Shown here: positions 40,006-56,505 of the stretch, piece by piece
How positions within the stretch are numbered: position 1 is the stretch's first letter
Layout of the letters: every line of letters starts with the position of its first letter
Origin: Eledone cirrhosa
Taxonomy: Eukaryota
DNA length: 64,000 bases
Direction of reading: 5' to 3'
NCBI GenBank assembly: GCA_964016885.1
Contig: OZ024747.1
Coordinates: 82,708,001 to 82,772,000, forward strand
Translations under genes and position numbers: made by a program
The notes under the pieces: model-generated
Seen by the model: only the letters and a program-made list of their open reading frames with translations
What the model was told of the DNA's origin: nothing
Databases searched by the model: none

Positions 40006-40218
40006 AGGATGGAGTATTCTCAAATGTAGAAAACTGCTTTGAAATTAGAGTGTTCACATTTAAGGTTCTCAAATCTAAAATCAAACATCACAGTATTCTC
40101 GAATCAAATCGTAAAACCAACTCTTCGTCATTATGGACATGAGTCTTAGACTAAGGTACACACAAACAAGTAACGACTATAGACAAAGATGACATAGTTT
40201 ATAGTTTATTGCTTTTGA

Positions 40219-40303
<85 letters not shown>

Positions 40304-40345
40304 CTTCAAAATATTAATAAATATAGACATTCATGTGATCAAATA

Positions 40346-40411
40346 TATTTTATTATACATATTTCAGAGATACTGAGCTATTTCAACAGTACGTCTTCAT
40401 CAGATAAAATA
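40346..40411 (-). ncRNA. Type I hammerhead ribozyme motif
   Basis: Minus strand: TATTTTAT-CTGATGA-AGACGTACTG(loop)CAGTATCTCT-GAAA-TATGTA-TA-ATAAAATA. Confidence 0.85.
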
Positions 40412-40593
40412 AGTTGATGCTTGACATACCTTGACTACGTTGATGGTTATAATGTAGTCATGGCAGTGATTAGTTATGACAAAACTCTATATTTATATAT
40501 AAGTATTAATAACTCCTGAAAACCTTACTGTAGAGTGCTTATAATCTATTGTGAAACTTTATTCATTGATGAATTCATTGAACCTTGTTAAAC

Positions 40594-40645
<52 letters not shown>

Positions 40646-40740
40646 GGGGGGGGGATTAAGGATGGAGTCCCGATGGGGATCAGGAAATGACCACAGTAAA
40701 AACAGCAACCAATTCATTGGTAAAGAAATAAAGAAATGAA

Positions 40741-40820
40741 TTCTACAGGACAAGAACTGTTTCATTCATATGAAATCATCATGAATTACGATTTCACATA
40801 AATCAAACAGTTCTAGCCTA
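40741..40820 (-). ncRNA. Degenerate hammerhead motif with fold-back (28141 family)
   Basis: Minus strand: ATGATGA-TTTCatatGAAT-GAAA-CAGTTCTTG-TC-CTGTAGAA, preceded by an inverted copy. Confidence 0.5.
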
Positions 40821-40832
40821 TGGATGTATGTA

Positions 40833-41371
<539 letters not shown>

Positions 41372-41546
41372 AACTAATATTAGATTCACCTTGTTGATTT
41401 GAGAAATGAAATAAAAATGCGCGATTGCACAAAAAGAGGGAAGATTTCGTATAGATATGGTATATTAATAATCGGATTTATGTGTGATTCCCTTCTCAAA
41501 TAATTACGAAGCAGAAATTCTTTGCTTAATCTTTATATCTGTACTA

Positions 41547-41605
<59 letters not shown>

Positions 41606-41976
41606 ATATATACACACACACACACAAAATGAAAGCGCCACTCAGACAAAAATCCCTTTTTTTTTATCAGGATAGAGCAGATATATATGAAGGTAAAAGC
41701 AAGATTTCGAAAGGCAAAGAGAACAAATATAAAATATTGAGCAAGTGATTTAAGCAGAGAAGAGTGTATTAATATAAGCCTTAGAGGAGAAGTTGTGTTA
41801 TAGAGAGGCACATTCCTATAAAGTATTGATTATTAATGGTCTGTGACTTTGAATGTCTTCAACATGTGTTAACTCTCTGGTGAACACTTTTCACTAGGAT
41901 TCCTCCATACTGTCGACTCTATTAACGCATTGAGCTTAACGGTTCTTACAAAAAAAATAGTGGATTATTCCACTAT

Positions 41977-42011
<35 letters not shown>

Positions 42012-42014
<3 letters not shown>

Positions 42015-42090
42015 GGTGTCCCAGAAAATGTATACTCACTTCTACAGCATTCTAATCGAAGTGTGCATACATTTTGGGGGGGACACCCTG
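42012..42090. mobile_element. Tc1/mariner-type MITE
   Basis: TA-CACGGTGTCCC...GGGACACCCTG-TA; related to 19356. Confidence 0.7.
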
Positions 42091-42098
42091 TATATATA

Positions 42099-42301
42099 CG
42101 TGAAATAAAGTGTCTTGCTCAAGGACATAACGCATCGTTCGATTCACGGACCGGGCGATGCGTTATGTCCTTGAGCAAGACACTTTATTTCATGTTGCTC
42201 CATCTACCTGGAGTTGCGATCGATAGATAGTATTAGCAATTGGAAAGACCAATGGAAACATTGTTTCCTCGGTCGGTCGGTTTTGACGAAAGTCGATCGT
42301 T

Positions 42302-42302
<1 letters not shown>
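42099..42302 (+). mobile_element. SINE family B with 5' inversion forming a hairpin (42099-42193)
   Basis: 39-bp arms TGAAATAAAGTGTCTTGCTCAAGGACATAACGCATCG and its reverse complement. Confidence 0.85.
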
Positions 42303-42362
<60 letters not shown>

Positions 42363-42367
<5 letters not shown>

Positions 42368-42545
42368 GTTTCTACTTTGGGCACAATACCAGCAATTAAC
42401 CAGTACATTACTGGTACTTTATTTTATCGACTCCGTAAGGATGAAAGGCAAAGTTAACCTCGGCGGGATTTGAACTCGGATCATAAAGGGCCGTAACTAT
42501 GCTGCAAAGCATGGTGTCCGACTCTCTACCGATACTGCCAATTCA
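42363..42545 (-). mobile_element. SINE family A
   Basis: Family core and tail. Confidence 0.9.
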
Positions 42546-42976
42546 CTGATACTGCCATAGCAATACCGATACTGCCATAGCAATGTATTTATTGCTATGG
42601 TAACTTTCAGTTTTTCTTCTTTTATTTCTATTTTCCTTCTTCCACTTTTGCTTTCTACCTCAACTTTCAATTCTCTTCCGACTTACTATCTTGGTAATCT
42701 AACCCTATTTATACTCTTACCTTACACGATGTACACTCGTATATATTTTCATATACTAACGAAAGCACTAATAATGTATGGATAAACTAATTAATAACAT
42801 GAAAAATACTTAATAATATATGTTCTATCTATTTACTATAGTACCTGCCATACATATCTATGTAAAGTATTTGATGTCATTTCAGAATCAAAAATACCAT
42901 TAGTCCAGAACAAGACTAAATTATAGAGAAATTGCGAAAGATTAAAATTACAATTCTCATGGGTGCATACACACAC

Positions 42977-43021
<45 letters not shown>

Positions 43022-43039
43022 GTATGTATTAGAAGCTTC

Positions 43040-43137
<98 letters not shown>

Positions 43138-44655
43138 AGCTTCTTAATTATATATATATCCTCTAATAAGTTATAAGTAGCCATCTTTCCTAATAATTAA
43201 TCAATTTTCCAAAGGACCCTAGATTAGTTGAATTATTACTGTACTTGCAAATGAATTGATGAGGGACATAGCAAGAAAATAATTGTTTCGGGTGATAGCA
43301 AATAAGATAATCATCAAATAATTAGTAAGCTTTAATTAACATGCATGTCCTCACTGAAGAAAACAGAAATTGCTAAGATATTAGCTTACATGTTGTATAT
43401 TCATATCTTATGCATGAGGTGAGATTCTTTAATTCTACATAATGAGAATTTCTGAGTGGAATATTCATCAATATTCATGCAATGAATATTGATGGAATTT
43501 CAATAAGATTGGTAAAATGCATTGTTAGTTGTGTGGCATAAATCTGAAATTTTACTTAACCTTTACAAAGGTCAAATTTACCACGTCTGTCAAATTATCA
43601 TGTGGGTTGGAGATGATAATAAATAGGTTTAATTTTTGTTTTTTATTTTTTAGTTCAAAATCTTCTATATGGCTGTGTTAAGTTGAATTAACCCTTTCAT
43701 CGAAAATACCAATAGTATGACTAAAATGTGTAATCCAAATTGAATATAATTCAGTACTTTGCTCGTCTCAACAATCTCTGGATTGCTTCGGAAAACGTTT
43801 TTAGTTGGCTTCTCTTAAAGCATGTTAAAAGTTCTAGTATTGAAAATAGCATTATATAACAATATAATGGTGGTTTTAAATGTTTCAAGTTTTTTTTATT
43901 TTTCTATTTCCCAGCTCCTTCGTTTTGGACAGCAGCTAAATCATTTACACTTTTAATTTAGAGTCACCATTTCATGAAAACAATTTAAGTTAGTTTTCAT
44001 GTAGTTAATGCAATGCGAGTGGACGCAGTTATGGCTGAGTGGTTAAGACACGGGGTTTGAACCCATTGCTTGGCATCTTCAACAAATTTCTTTATCAAAA
44101 TCTCGCAAGAAGAAGAAAAAGAAATGAATTACAGTATTCAAATTCCACCGAGATCAACTTTGCTTTTTGATCCTACTGAGGCCGATAAAATAATGTATCA
44201 GTCACGATCTGAGATTGATACGATTGTCTTTCTCTTTTCCAAATATTGCTGGCCTTGTGTCTAAATTAAGATACCATTATAATAGAGAAGGTCTGTAAGT
44301 ATTGCAGAATCAATAATGCGTCAAAAAATAACAAAATCATTGGCAGTATTTAGTTACGTACGTTTATCTTCCAAGTTCAAATACAGAAGTCGTCATTGCT
44401 GATATATTCCGCAGGGTTTAATAATACTAAGGTTGATTTCATTAACTATTCCAGTCAACAAAATTTTTGGTTGTGTTCTTATATTAAACATCTTTATCTT
44501 TATTATTTCTATTATTCCAGCGGCGCCATATTCAGTAGTTGACTATTTGGGGGAAATAATGTATACGTGCGTCATACATTTTCTGCATGAAACAGTTTCT
44601 GTTACTGGATTAAACACTACGAAATATTTCTGGCAAGTGGAGTAGAAAGCTGATT

Positions 44656-44737
<82 letters not shown>

Positions 44738-44738
<1 letters not shown>

Positions 44739-44883
44739 GGAAAAGATTCAGGACCCAGACGGCAGAGCTCAAGCCATTTCGACGGCTATTTCTGAGTCCA
44801 GAAATAGACACTCTACTACCCAAAGTATCGAGTACTCTGGTGCGTTATGGTCTACCTGGTTCTTTACCACACTTCCTTCGTTA
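44738..44883 (+). mobile_element. 27078-family element, rearranged
   Basis: Inverted GACGGCAGAGCTCAAGCCATTTCGAC plus stem CTATTTCTG/CAGAAATAG plus shared tail, between (TA)n runs. Confidence 0.75.
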
Positions 44884-44910
44884 TATATATATATATATAT
44901 ATATATATTA

Positions 44911-44945
<35 letters not shown>

Positions 44946-46669
44946 CTTATTTATATGAATATATATGCATATTATGTATGTGTATATATAAATACCAATG
45001 CTATGACGTCATAGAATAATGTATATACCCTGAAAACTGTACCATTTTGGTATCAATTAATTCAGAAAAACAAGATTGAAATCTAAAATCAAAGAACACA
45101 ACATTGAGGCGAAAATAATTAAACTTTACAATAAAACATTTCATATGTTGTATAATAAGGACCTGTTCAAATAAGGACCTGTTACCACTTTTTTGTGACT
45201 AAACTTTGCACCAACTACATAACACGACTGTAAAAACATCTGTAGTTAATATAATATAGAAAAGATGTATAACAAAGATTATAGACATGAAAGCCTGTGT
45301 AAGCCGGGTGTAAGTCTTTTAAATAAAGATACATATCGGAAAACTGTAATGAATATTGCACAGCAAAGCCTGTGCTTCCCTTATATGCATAGGTGCAGGC
45401 ATATTCTTCTGACTAAGAAGTACGGTTCCCTACTATATAGCTCCTAGTTCGATTTCACTGGATGGCAGCAGAGGTAAGTGTTCCGGTTTCATTCACAGTT
45501 TTAGTTATTTCCCCTCACTGCTGGCACTACTGTAAAATAACTTACCTACCAAAAATAACTTACTGTAAAATGCTCTCCTACCAAACCATGTTGGGAAAGT
45601 TCTATACACAACGAAAGGCAGGACACTGTTTCGAACCAAAAACTAAGAAAAAGATACAAATACGTTTTCAAACGCTCGCATTGCTATTCGGATACACATT
45701 TCCGATAGTACACTCCTTTAGACATGAAGGAGAAAGTGGAAATCTGAGTGATCAAATCATTAAAGTTTCTACACAAATACACAGAGATTCCTACACACAC
45801 AGTCAGACACATACATACAGAATATTGAATGTGAGAGAGAGAAGATTTGAGAACAATCTGATAACGGGAAAAAAGTCTCATCGCATCACATATCAGGAAA
45901 GAATTAATCTGCATAGTTTCTAACCTTTTCTGCACTAGCATACAACAGCCAATCCCCTATCGACCCACCTACCTACTTGCTTTCTTCAACCTTGAATCTA
46001 ATTGTCCGTGCATTACATATGTAATGTTTTCATTATAAATTTCGATCGGGTGGCCACTCTAGAGAGATGCAACCACTTAAATTCCTTCTTCTAACGATAA
46101 ATAGAAACGTGAAAAGACCAAATGTCAAATCTATGCTGCTTTAATATTTTTTCATTTTTTTCTAGGGAACAGTTACATTTCATTTGATTATTCCTTGTTT
46201 TTTACTTTTTTGCTTCCATTATATTTCCAATATATTTTTATCTTTCTCGACCATTGGTTCATTTTTTTCCTCCTTTTATTATTTTGTTAATATTATTTTA
46301 TGGATTAAAGAGCAAATGGGAGAGAGTCGTGAATCATTCAACAACGATGGCTTCGATACGTTTCCCATGGAATCCTGCATATGAAGAACTAAATTACATG
46401 ACTTGCAACCTCTACTTCTTTGCTTCCATTTTATCTCTTTCTCAATTATATGGCTGAGAGTATATATATATATATATATACGTGTGTGTGCATATATATT
46501 TATAGATATAGATATATATACACACATAAACATATATATCTGTACATATACATAGATATATGTACATATACACACACACACATATATATATACATATTCA
46601 TAGATATATGTACTTATACACACACACACACATATATATATATATACATATTCATAGATATATGTACAT

Positions 46670-46704
<35 letters not shown>

Positions 46705-46775
46705 CATATTCATAGATATATGTAGACAAACACACACACAAATATATATACATATTCATAGATATATGTACATAT

Positions 46776-46808
<33 letters not shown>

Positions 46809-46832
46809 CATATTCATAGATATATGTAGACT

Positions 46833-46875
<43 letters not shown>

Positions 46876-46900
46876 ATTCATAGATATATGTACACACACT

Positions 46901-46997
<97 letters not shown>

Positions 46998-47058
46998 GGC
47001 GAAACAATTGTAACACACAATAAATTTAGTTCAGATGCATCACTGATTTTTCGTTTTC

Positions 47059-47121
<63 letters not shown>

Positions 47122-47122
<1 letters not shown>

Positions 47123-47463
47123 GTTTCTCCCCTTCTCACTTCCTCCCGTTTGGCTTGTAGTGGGTCTCTTCTTGTTTACATCTCACTCACGTCGGACGGT
47201 CTGTACCTCTCTCGCTCATGAAATCCACCCAGATTATGCTGACCGGACAACCATGTTGCTTGTTTATTTTCCTGTCTTTGGTTTGCTTTTATCCTTCTAT
47301 GTTGTTTACTTGTCCCCCTCGCTTTACGCGATTTACTGGTCCCAATAACTTTTTTTAGTTATTGCTCGCACCAACCTGAGGTATATGATTTTTAATGCGA
47401 TGAAATACCAATGATGGTTGGAAAATCACTGACGAAGGACTATTTTTATCATTTGTAACCCAT
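47122..47463 (+). mobile_element. Second copy of the 13632-13970 repeat
   Basis: Near-identical sequence directly after (TA)n. Confidence 0.8.
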
Positions 47464-47961
47464 GTGCAACCACGCAGTATTCTCCTTTCTTCTCATGTTT
47501 TATATATATCACTGATATGGTAAATCACTGATGAGGGACTCATTTTATAACATGTTATCCATGTGCAACCACCAGTATTCTTCTCACCCATATTTTCCTA
47601 TATATATATATATGGCGTTGACAATGTTATGAATGACATGTATGTAATGGATGCCTCTCCACTGTTAGACTGTGTAATACATATATGTATATATGTATGT
47701 GTGCACGAGCAAATATACAGGAGCCATAATAGACTTGAGCATTCTGTTACATATATATCCTCCATCTTATCCTTCACTACGTAACAGTTTCATTTATCTC
47801 TTGCGTTGTTTTCTTTTTTGCTCTTGTTTTATAGTTTATATTTAGTTGGCTTCTTTAATAATAATGACAGGTTCTTATTACATTCCTTATTGATAGGAGA
47901 AGAATAAGTGTATCGCATATATTTCTTTTCCTTTTCTTTCTATCTACATACACGCGTGCAT

Positions 47962-48112
<151 letters not shown>

Positions 48113-48137
48113 CATATATATATACATACATATATAT

Positions 48138-48254
<117 letters not shown>

Positions 48255-48317
48255 CATATATATATATATACATATACATATATATGTATATATATATATA
48301 CATATATATATATATAC

Positions 48318-48376
<59 letters not shown>

Positions 48377-48493
48377 GATACACACGTGTAAGCGGATGGA
48401 GTCAACATGTGTATGTGTTTGTATACGAGGAAGCGTGCGAAAGAAGAAACCGTACTCAAAACACTCGCTATTGGTATTATATGATACACAGCC

Positions 48494-48537
<44 letters not shown>

Positions 48538-48677
48538 TAAACATATATACACTTATGCATATATACGCATATGCATACATATATATTTGCATATATATAT
48601 ATATGCATACATATTTGCATATCTATATGCATACATACGTATAAATATATATATATATGCATACCTACTTAGATACG

Positions 48678-48709
<32 letters not shown>

Positions 48710-48771
48710 TACATACTTATATAGATACGCATATATATATATATACATGCATACATACTTATGTAGATACG

Positions 48772-48830
<59 letters not shown>

Positions 48831-49142
48831 TACAATAGATGAGCAAAAAGTGACAACTTGCGGTAAATATTTTATTTATGGCATTCCAAGTCATTTAATT
48901 TTACGCCACATCAAAAATGCAATGCACATAACTGTCCATTAATTTTTGTTGCAATTTTAATAAAATATCTACACAATTTTGTTTACAAAGAAAAAATATA
49001 TATATATGCCAATAAATATTAAGAGAAAAATAAAAACGGTAATTTAAAAGGGAAATTATATTAAAATCTGAATGATTTCTCATAAGCACGGAACAAAAAA
49101 ATTAATTATCATTATTATTATCATTATTATTATTATTAATAT

Positions 49143-49173
<31 letters not shown>

Positions 49174-49945
49174 CCAATATTTGATGAAATCTGCAATTTG
49201 GTTTCATGTCAGTTTTAAAATAGTTTCACTTATTTTTTTAGAATAAGAATGACTGTCTATTCATTTCTAAGTATGACACTCTATATGGAATAGTTATTGT
49301 AAAATTTGAGGAAGTCGCCATATTGTTCAGTTGGACGTTGGTGACCGCCTCATTTTTTCTTCTTTTTTTTTACATTTTAATATCTCCCATGTTTATTCCT
49401 ACAATTTATAAATAGCAACTGAATTTTTATCGTTAAATACTCGTAAACGTTATGATGTCAATGAAATTATATATTACATTCATGTAGTGCAAGCACGTTA
49501 GTGATTAGGGCGTTGTGCTTACGATCGTAAGATAGTAGGCTCGATCCTCTGATTGTGAGTAGGACACTTTTACCATGTGCAAGATATGCCCCAATCCACT
49601 CAGCGAAAGAAATGTAGTTGTGACAATACTGGTGGAAAGTTGTATCGGTTCCCTTGGACAACATTAGTGTCGTTGAGAATGGAAACTTGCATACATAGGT
49701 GTTTGCTGGTTTTCCACAAAACAGCCTGCTCGGGCTTTTGCCTCTGAGAAGCAAACCCATGGTCAATCAGTTATGGGTACAAAAGCCATAACCAGTCATG
49801 ACTGAAGTATGCTCTTTCTTTTTTTATTGTCCCAGTTCAACAATTCCAGCTCACATCACATTGAAAAAGTTGACAAAAATGGTGGACACATCCTTGAAAG
49901 TTGCAGTAATATTAAGTAGAAAGATTCAGTGCAGCATTTCTGAAA

Positions 49946-50092
49946 TAATTGTTTCTATTTCTGGCACAAGGCCAGCAATTTGAAGAGAGAAGGAGGGTCG
50001 ATTAAATTGACCCCAGTGCATTACTGGTACTTATTTTATCGACACCGTAAGGATGAAAGGCAATGCTAGCATTGGCGAGATTTGAACTCAAA
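49946..50092 (-). mobile_element. SINE family A, 5'-truncated
   Basis: Family core and tail. Confidence 0.85.
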
Positions 50093-52894
50093 ACATTACT
50101 AGAATAGTAAACGTTATGACAGAGAATGCGTGCCTTTCACAATAATAACAAGGTTCTTAGCAAACTCTACAACTTCTGAACAGTGTGACAGTTACGAATA
50201 ATTGATATGGCCATTCAGCCTGTTAGAAATAGTAGCCAAATTCCCCAGAAATCATATTTTAAAATCATAAAAAAACGAAAATGTACTCTAAATATTGTAA
50301 TTCTATTTATACAAAAATACTAACTGGGTGGTGACAGCTGGAATGGTCATTATTGTAGGTCAGGGCTAACCTGGGGTTAAAGAACACCACCATGCACTCT
50401 AAATAGGTAATAATCTACACAACAAATAAACCCTAACAGAAATAAAAACACTTTTCACAATCAACCCAAAAATTTTAACGATTTGTGTTTGCTGAAGATG
50501 TAAGAAAAGATACTAAAATTTATGGATATTTTTATCTTTTAAGAAATAATTGACCGATTATAGCAAAAAACAAACAACGTAAAGTCATTTTATTAGAAAA
50601 ACACTAAAATTGATGAAACTATGAAATAGGGAAATATTTCTTTAACAGTGTTTTTAGCATCGTTGTTATCTTTAGATGGAAAGGATAAGAAAGACATGAA
50701 ATAGATACTTAAAGCAGTAAGGATTGAACGGTTTCTACCTTTCTAATATTATCAAATATAACATTGTAGTTTAGGTGTATCCCTTTAAGATATTTGTTTT
50801 GAATCGAAGTTACATAGCATAGAGGCTCATAACTTATACGATGTCAGTAAGATGTAACAGTTTAAAAAATGAGAGAGACAGACTGAGAGAATTAGAGAAG
50901 GCATAGTTAACTAGTTTCATAAATATCCTTAATATTTGAATGATATGAATGAGTATCACAACTTGAAATGTCTTTTTTTATTTCTATGTATAGAGAAACG
51001 AAAGACCATTTTACTATTGTTGTTTTCTGTATTATATGTTGACTTATGTAGCTAGTTTTCTTTTCTCAATAAGACGTCCTACTACATTATTTCTTATATC
51101 CAAGGTGACAGGAGCTGGGATTTGAACTCAGAACTCTCAGAGCCGAAACAGACACCACAAAGTATGTAGACCGAAATTTTAACGTTCACGCCAATCCATC
51201 GACCCTGGGTTGGTACTTTATGTAACAACCTCGAAGTTGGACTCGACTGGATTGAATGCAGAGCACAGCAAGCTGTAACAAAGGTGGAGGCATTTAATCC
51301 GACACTCTAACAATTCTATCATTTCGCTTCTTTACAATATTCATAACTGATACAAATATCTAAATTTACTGAAAATAATATCTGAGTATATTATACTGGC
51401 AGCCATTTTGATTTCCTTTGTCTTCCAGGATCTGTCTGTGTTAATAATACTGAGTTTATCATCTCATATTGGCCTACAATTTATTTCCGATTACACTTAT
51501 TCTGTCATGTTAGATTTTCCAAAATGTCCATGAATAGTAATTAGCTCTTGTATATCCCTTTGATTGGCAGGACCTAGAGAATAACTGACAAAAGCCTTGC
51601 AATATATAGTTGCGTATCTTTGCGTTCGGAGTTCAAATTCTGCCGAAGTCGACATAGCCTTTCATACTTCTGTGGTGGATAAAATAGAGTAACAGTCAAG
51701 CACTGGAGTCGTTATAGTTTTTTATATTTATATCCCACAAAATTTGAGTTCTTGTACGTATGTTAAAAGTCGATATTTCTGCAAGGACGTCTAGAAATCA
51801 AAATATAATTATAAGAGATACTGCTTAAATAATCAAGATGTTTGATGTTGCAGTAAACAATTCGATATATCGTAACAATATGTTTTGATGAAATCGCACA
51901 CCTAAATAAATATTCCTCAATAGGACCAATAATAGATCTATATAATCGACTCTACCCATCCACGCAAATTTATGATCCTTGCGCCTATGTTAAAAATCGA
52001 TATTTTTAAAAGATGAGAAATCTGAATATTCTAGATTTCTCGTCAATTTAAAAAATCATGTAGGAACGTAATAGATATCAAATTGAGATATCAAATTACG
52101 TGTCATTACATTCTGAGTTCGAATCCCTCTGGATCCGACTTTGTCTTTTAATCTTTAATACAAATTGCACCAGTCAAGTACTGAAGTCGATCTAATCGAC
52201 TATATCCTCCCAGCAAAATGTGTGGCCTTGTGCCAAAGCTAGAGAAATCACATTATTTATTGCTGTTGTTTCCAGATATTTTTAATTAATGACCAAAAGC
52301 CAATGATTAAACGAGAAAGAAAATGAATACAGACATGTAAATTAGAAAAAAAAATTACAATTTATCAGCCATTGCAGTGGAAGAGAATTAATTATACAAT
52401 TTCCTATTTCCCCCGTCCTTCAACTCACTAAATTTTATTCTTATACTTTTTGTTTAGTGTCCGATTTTGAAAGCTTTCTTGCTATTTCTCTCCATCTGTC
52501 AATCTCTCTCTCTCTCTCTCTCACTCTCTCTCTCTCCTCCTTCTTCTTCTTCTTCTTCTTCTTCTTCTTCTTCTTCTTCTTCTCACGTATGTTTTATGTC
52601 ATCCTTCAGTCTCATGCGCTAAAATCTTTCTTTTTTTCTTTCATTCAAATTCTTCTAAACTTGTGTTTGTTTTCGCCTTTTTTTTATTCCTTCCTTCTGA
52701 CACTAGACTTGTTTTGTTTGGTAGTTGGTACAGTGGTTGTTTGAGCTGATGTTTTATTTAAATCAAATGATTATATATTTCCTTTTTTTTTTCTTAAAAA
52801 CGAATTTCAGTGAAAACTGTTATCGATTTATCGAAATAGTTCTATAGTGGAATGATAGCCAACTGCGTTTACAACTTCGTATATAATAGATTTG

Positions 52895-52964
<70 letters not shown>

Positions 52965-53140
52965 GTGGGTACAAAGTGCCTTAGTGTAAGAAAGTCAGGG
53001 TATATAAAAAATAGTTATAGCGATTATAAACGGATACAAAATTAGGTAGAACATTTGAACGTATGTATTGGACAGAGAATACTTTGATGTAAGGTTATGC
53101 GATAGATGTCTAACATGTCTAACCGGATTTAAGATTGATC

Positions 53141-53175
<35 letters not shown>

Positions 53176-55209
53176 CCACAACTCGAAATGAGGAGAGCCA
53201 CGACACTAGTGAACCGTGTATGGGTGTATGGGACCTGGAGGATAAAATATTATATGATTAACTGGAATATTCTAGATAAAAAAATGCTCTTATAGGATAT
53301 GAACAAAGAGATGTTCACTTTGTTTAACCGAAAAATTTTGAATATTGCATGGACTGCAGTCCCCTGAGAAATATCTAATTACAAAAATGAATTTTTCGGA
53401 GAATGTTCCCATATGAGATCCCAGCTCCTCTCAGCATGGAAGAATACAAACCCGGACACACAAAATACCATTATTTTACAACCGCTTTAGTCCGCAAACT
53501 AATACTGCACCCTACCTCCATATAGACTAAATTCAATATCTATATACATGTGGATCTATATACACACACTTTCCAGAACAACAATCCACATAGTTACACA
53601 CAGAAAATATATAGACATATACATATATACACATGGATGCTCTGTTAGATCTAGAGCGAGAAGGTCTGTGTAAGTTCGCGAATACATAGGCACCTAAAAC
53701 CCTTAGGGGAAGCATGACACATACTACCAAGTCATAATCGATTACCAGTGACGGCTGTAATTTTAAAACTGTATAAACATCTGAATTTATGTACCGCTGA
53801 ATATATAATAGTGAAAAGATAGTTCGTTATCTTACTGATAGACAAAAACCAAACTGAGGTGTTCCTTTGTATACTATTGATGAGAAAGTAACTGAATATA
53901 ATGTTACTCTTACATAGTCTTGCTTGATATGATATTGATAAAGTAATTTTATAATAGCTGTCAGATGTGTTTTTATGGCTCGCACCTGCATAGGTTTAGT
54001 TGCTTTCTCATGCGGCTGCATTTACGATGCAGTCTCTTGGATATTTTAATGATCGAGGACTACATTTCTATCATTCAGAATATGTAACGATATGGGATCA
54101 GACATAAGCTGAACTTCCACCCCATATTCACCATATGGTTACTACTGTTCGACTTTAAAACTAATGGTTTAATAACAGAACAAAAGAGAAATAAATGCGT
54201 TGTGATAAACAAGCTCGTTTATTGCAAGATGTAGTATTTTACAGAATGAAAATCTCATTATGTTTTACGCTGAGTAAATATCTAAACACACCCCACTACA
54301 TCAAACTACTTCATCACGGGGATATTTGAATATGCCTGATATATTATATTTACATTCCCCTTTCGACATTTCTTGGAATCAATATTACTGAAACCAATGC
54401 CTAAATTACTGGGGGTTTTTTCCTGGGTTGCAGCATGTTATAAATGTCAGAAGAACCTTTGATCCACATATATATATTATCTTAGACAATGAATGGCATG
54501 TAGCAATAAGGTACGCGAGAATTTGATGGATATAATACTTTGCTCAGAAATCCAGACTACACTTCTCAGCATTGCCGGAATAATCGAAAATGAAACAACA
54601 GTTTACCTGGACTAAGACTGACAGTTATTTAGAAAGATATACAATGCTTTTGTTTGAGTGCGTAGTTTTTTTACTATACATATACACACGGGTATACATA
54701 CATACATACATACATACATACATACATACATACATACATACATACATACATACATACATACATACATACTCACACATACATATATATATATATGCACACA
54801 TACATACATTATATACATACTCATATACACGCATATATACATACATGCACATACATACATACATACTCACAGACACACACGCACGCACACTCATACATAC
54901 ACACACCCACACACATACTCACACTCATACATACATACATACGCACATACATACACACAGTTGCCGTGTATATCTGTATGTTTGAATAGGATAAATAATT
55001 GAGAAGAGCAAAACAAGGGAGGTAAGAAAAAGACTGCTATATAAGATATTCACCGACCTAGAAACAAGTCAAGACAATACCAACAATATACAGAGTTCTG
55101 GCTACAGGGTGAGTCATAAGTAACCGGGTAGAGCAACATTTATATTCCAAATGATAGTTACAAAAATTATGGTCAGAAACTGTTAATACATCCAGCAAAA
55201 AATATAACC

Positions 55210-55520
55210 ATGGAGCGTGGCCTAGTGGTAACGGTGTTGAACTTACGGTCATAATGTCGTGGGTTCGATTCCTGGGCCGGGTTGCGTGTTGTGTTCTTGA
55301 GCAAAACACTTCATTTTATACTCAGCGGGATTTCTACTGAGAGCAAAGATCTCCGCAACGAATTTTGCAAAAATTTGTATACGACTTTTCCAGCAATAGC
55401 TAGGGGTGTAACTCTGAGATGGACTGGCGTCCTGTCCAGAGGGAAGTCTTGTACTCTCAGTCACTTCATGCCATGAAACCGGGATAAGCACCGGCCTAAA
55501 GACCCTTCTCGCTTAAGACA
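55210..55520 (+). mobile_element. tRNA-derived SINE (family B head)
   Basis: A box TGGCCTAGTGG, B box GGTTCGATTCC, then CTTGAGCAAAACACTTCATTT. Confidence 0.8.
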
Positions 55521-55699
55521 GGCTTTATATCTTTTTCATCATACACAGATAAGCGGATATTCAAGTTATCTGTGAACTTTGCAATAAAAATACATTGACT
55601 TCCCGGTAACTTTTGACGTACCCAGTACATTAACGCTAGCTAATCAACAGGTGATCAGATAGCATTTATGTCATAATGTACAGACACACCTGAAGAAAC

Positions 55700-56010
55700 G
55701 TGTCTTTGTGGTCAGGGTGTTCGTTTCGCGGTCATAAAGCCATGAGTTCGTTATACCCTTGGGCGGTTCGTTATGTCCTTAAGCACTTCATTTCATATTG
55801 CTCTAGTCGACTCAGATTGTAAAAATGAGTTGTATATGTGATTCAAAAGGTTAGTTTTGTCACAATCTGTGTCACACTGAGTCTCCCTGAGAACTATGTT
55901 AATGGTTCACATGTCTGTGGAATGCTCAGCCACTTGTAGTTTAATTTCACGGGCAGGTTTGTTCCGTTCTTCGAACAACTGGAATCCTCCTTGTCGGAAA
56001 CGATGGAGGT
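55700..56010 (+). mobile_element. Diverged SINE family B
   Basis: Similar to the reverse complement of 22360-22660. Confidence 0.6.
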
Positions 56011-56014
56011 CAGA

Positions 56015-56505
56015 CACATACACACACATTACTACCACCACACACACACACATCACTACCTCCACACACACACATCACTACCTCCACACATACATATCAC
56101 TACCACCATACACATCACTACCTCCACACACGCACATCACTACCACCATACACACACATCACTACCTCCACACACACACATCACTACCACCATACACATA
56201 CATCACTACCACCATACACGCACATCACTACCTCCACAAACACACATCACTACCACCACACACACACATCACTACCACCACACACACACATCACTACCAC
56301 CATACACATCACTACCACCACAAACACACATACACATCACTACCACCACACATACACATCACTACCACCACACATACACATCACTACCACCATACACATC
56401 ACTACCACGACAAACACACATACACATCACTAACACCATACACACACATCACTACCTCCACAAACACACATACACATCACTAACACCATACACACACATC
56501 ACTCA
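56015..56505. repeat. Imperfect ~20-bp minisatellite (CACACACATCACTACCAC)
   Basis: Directly visible. Confidence 0.9.
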
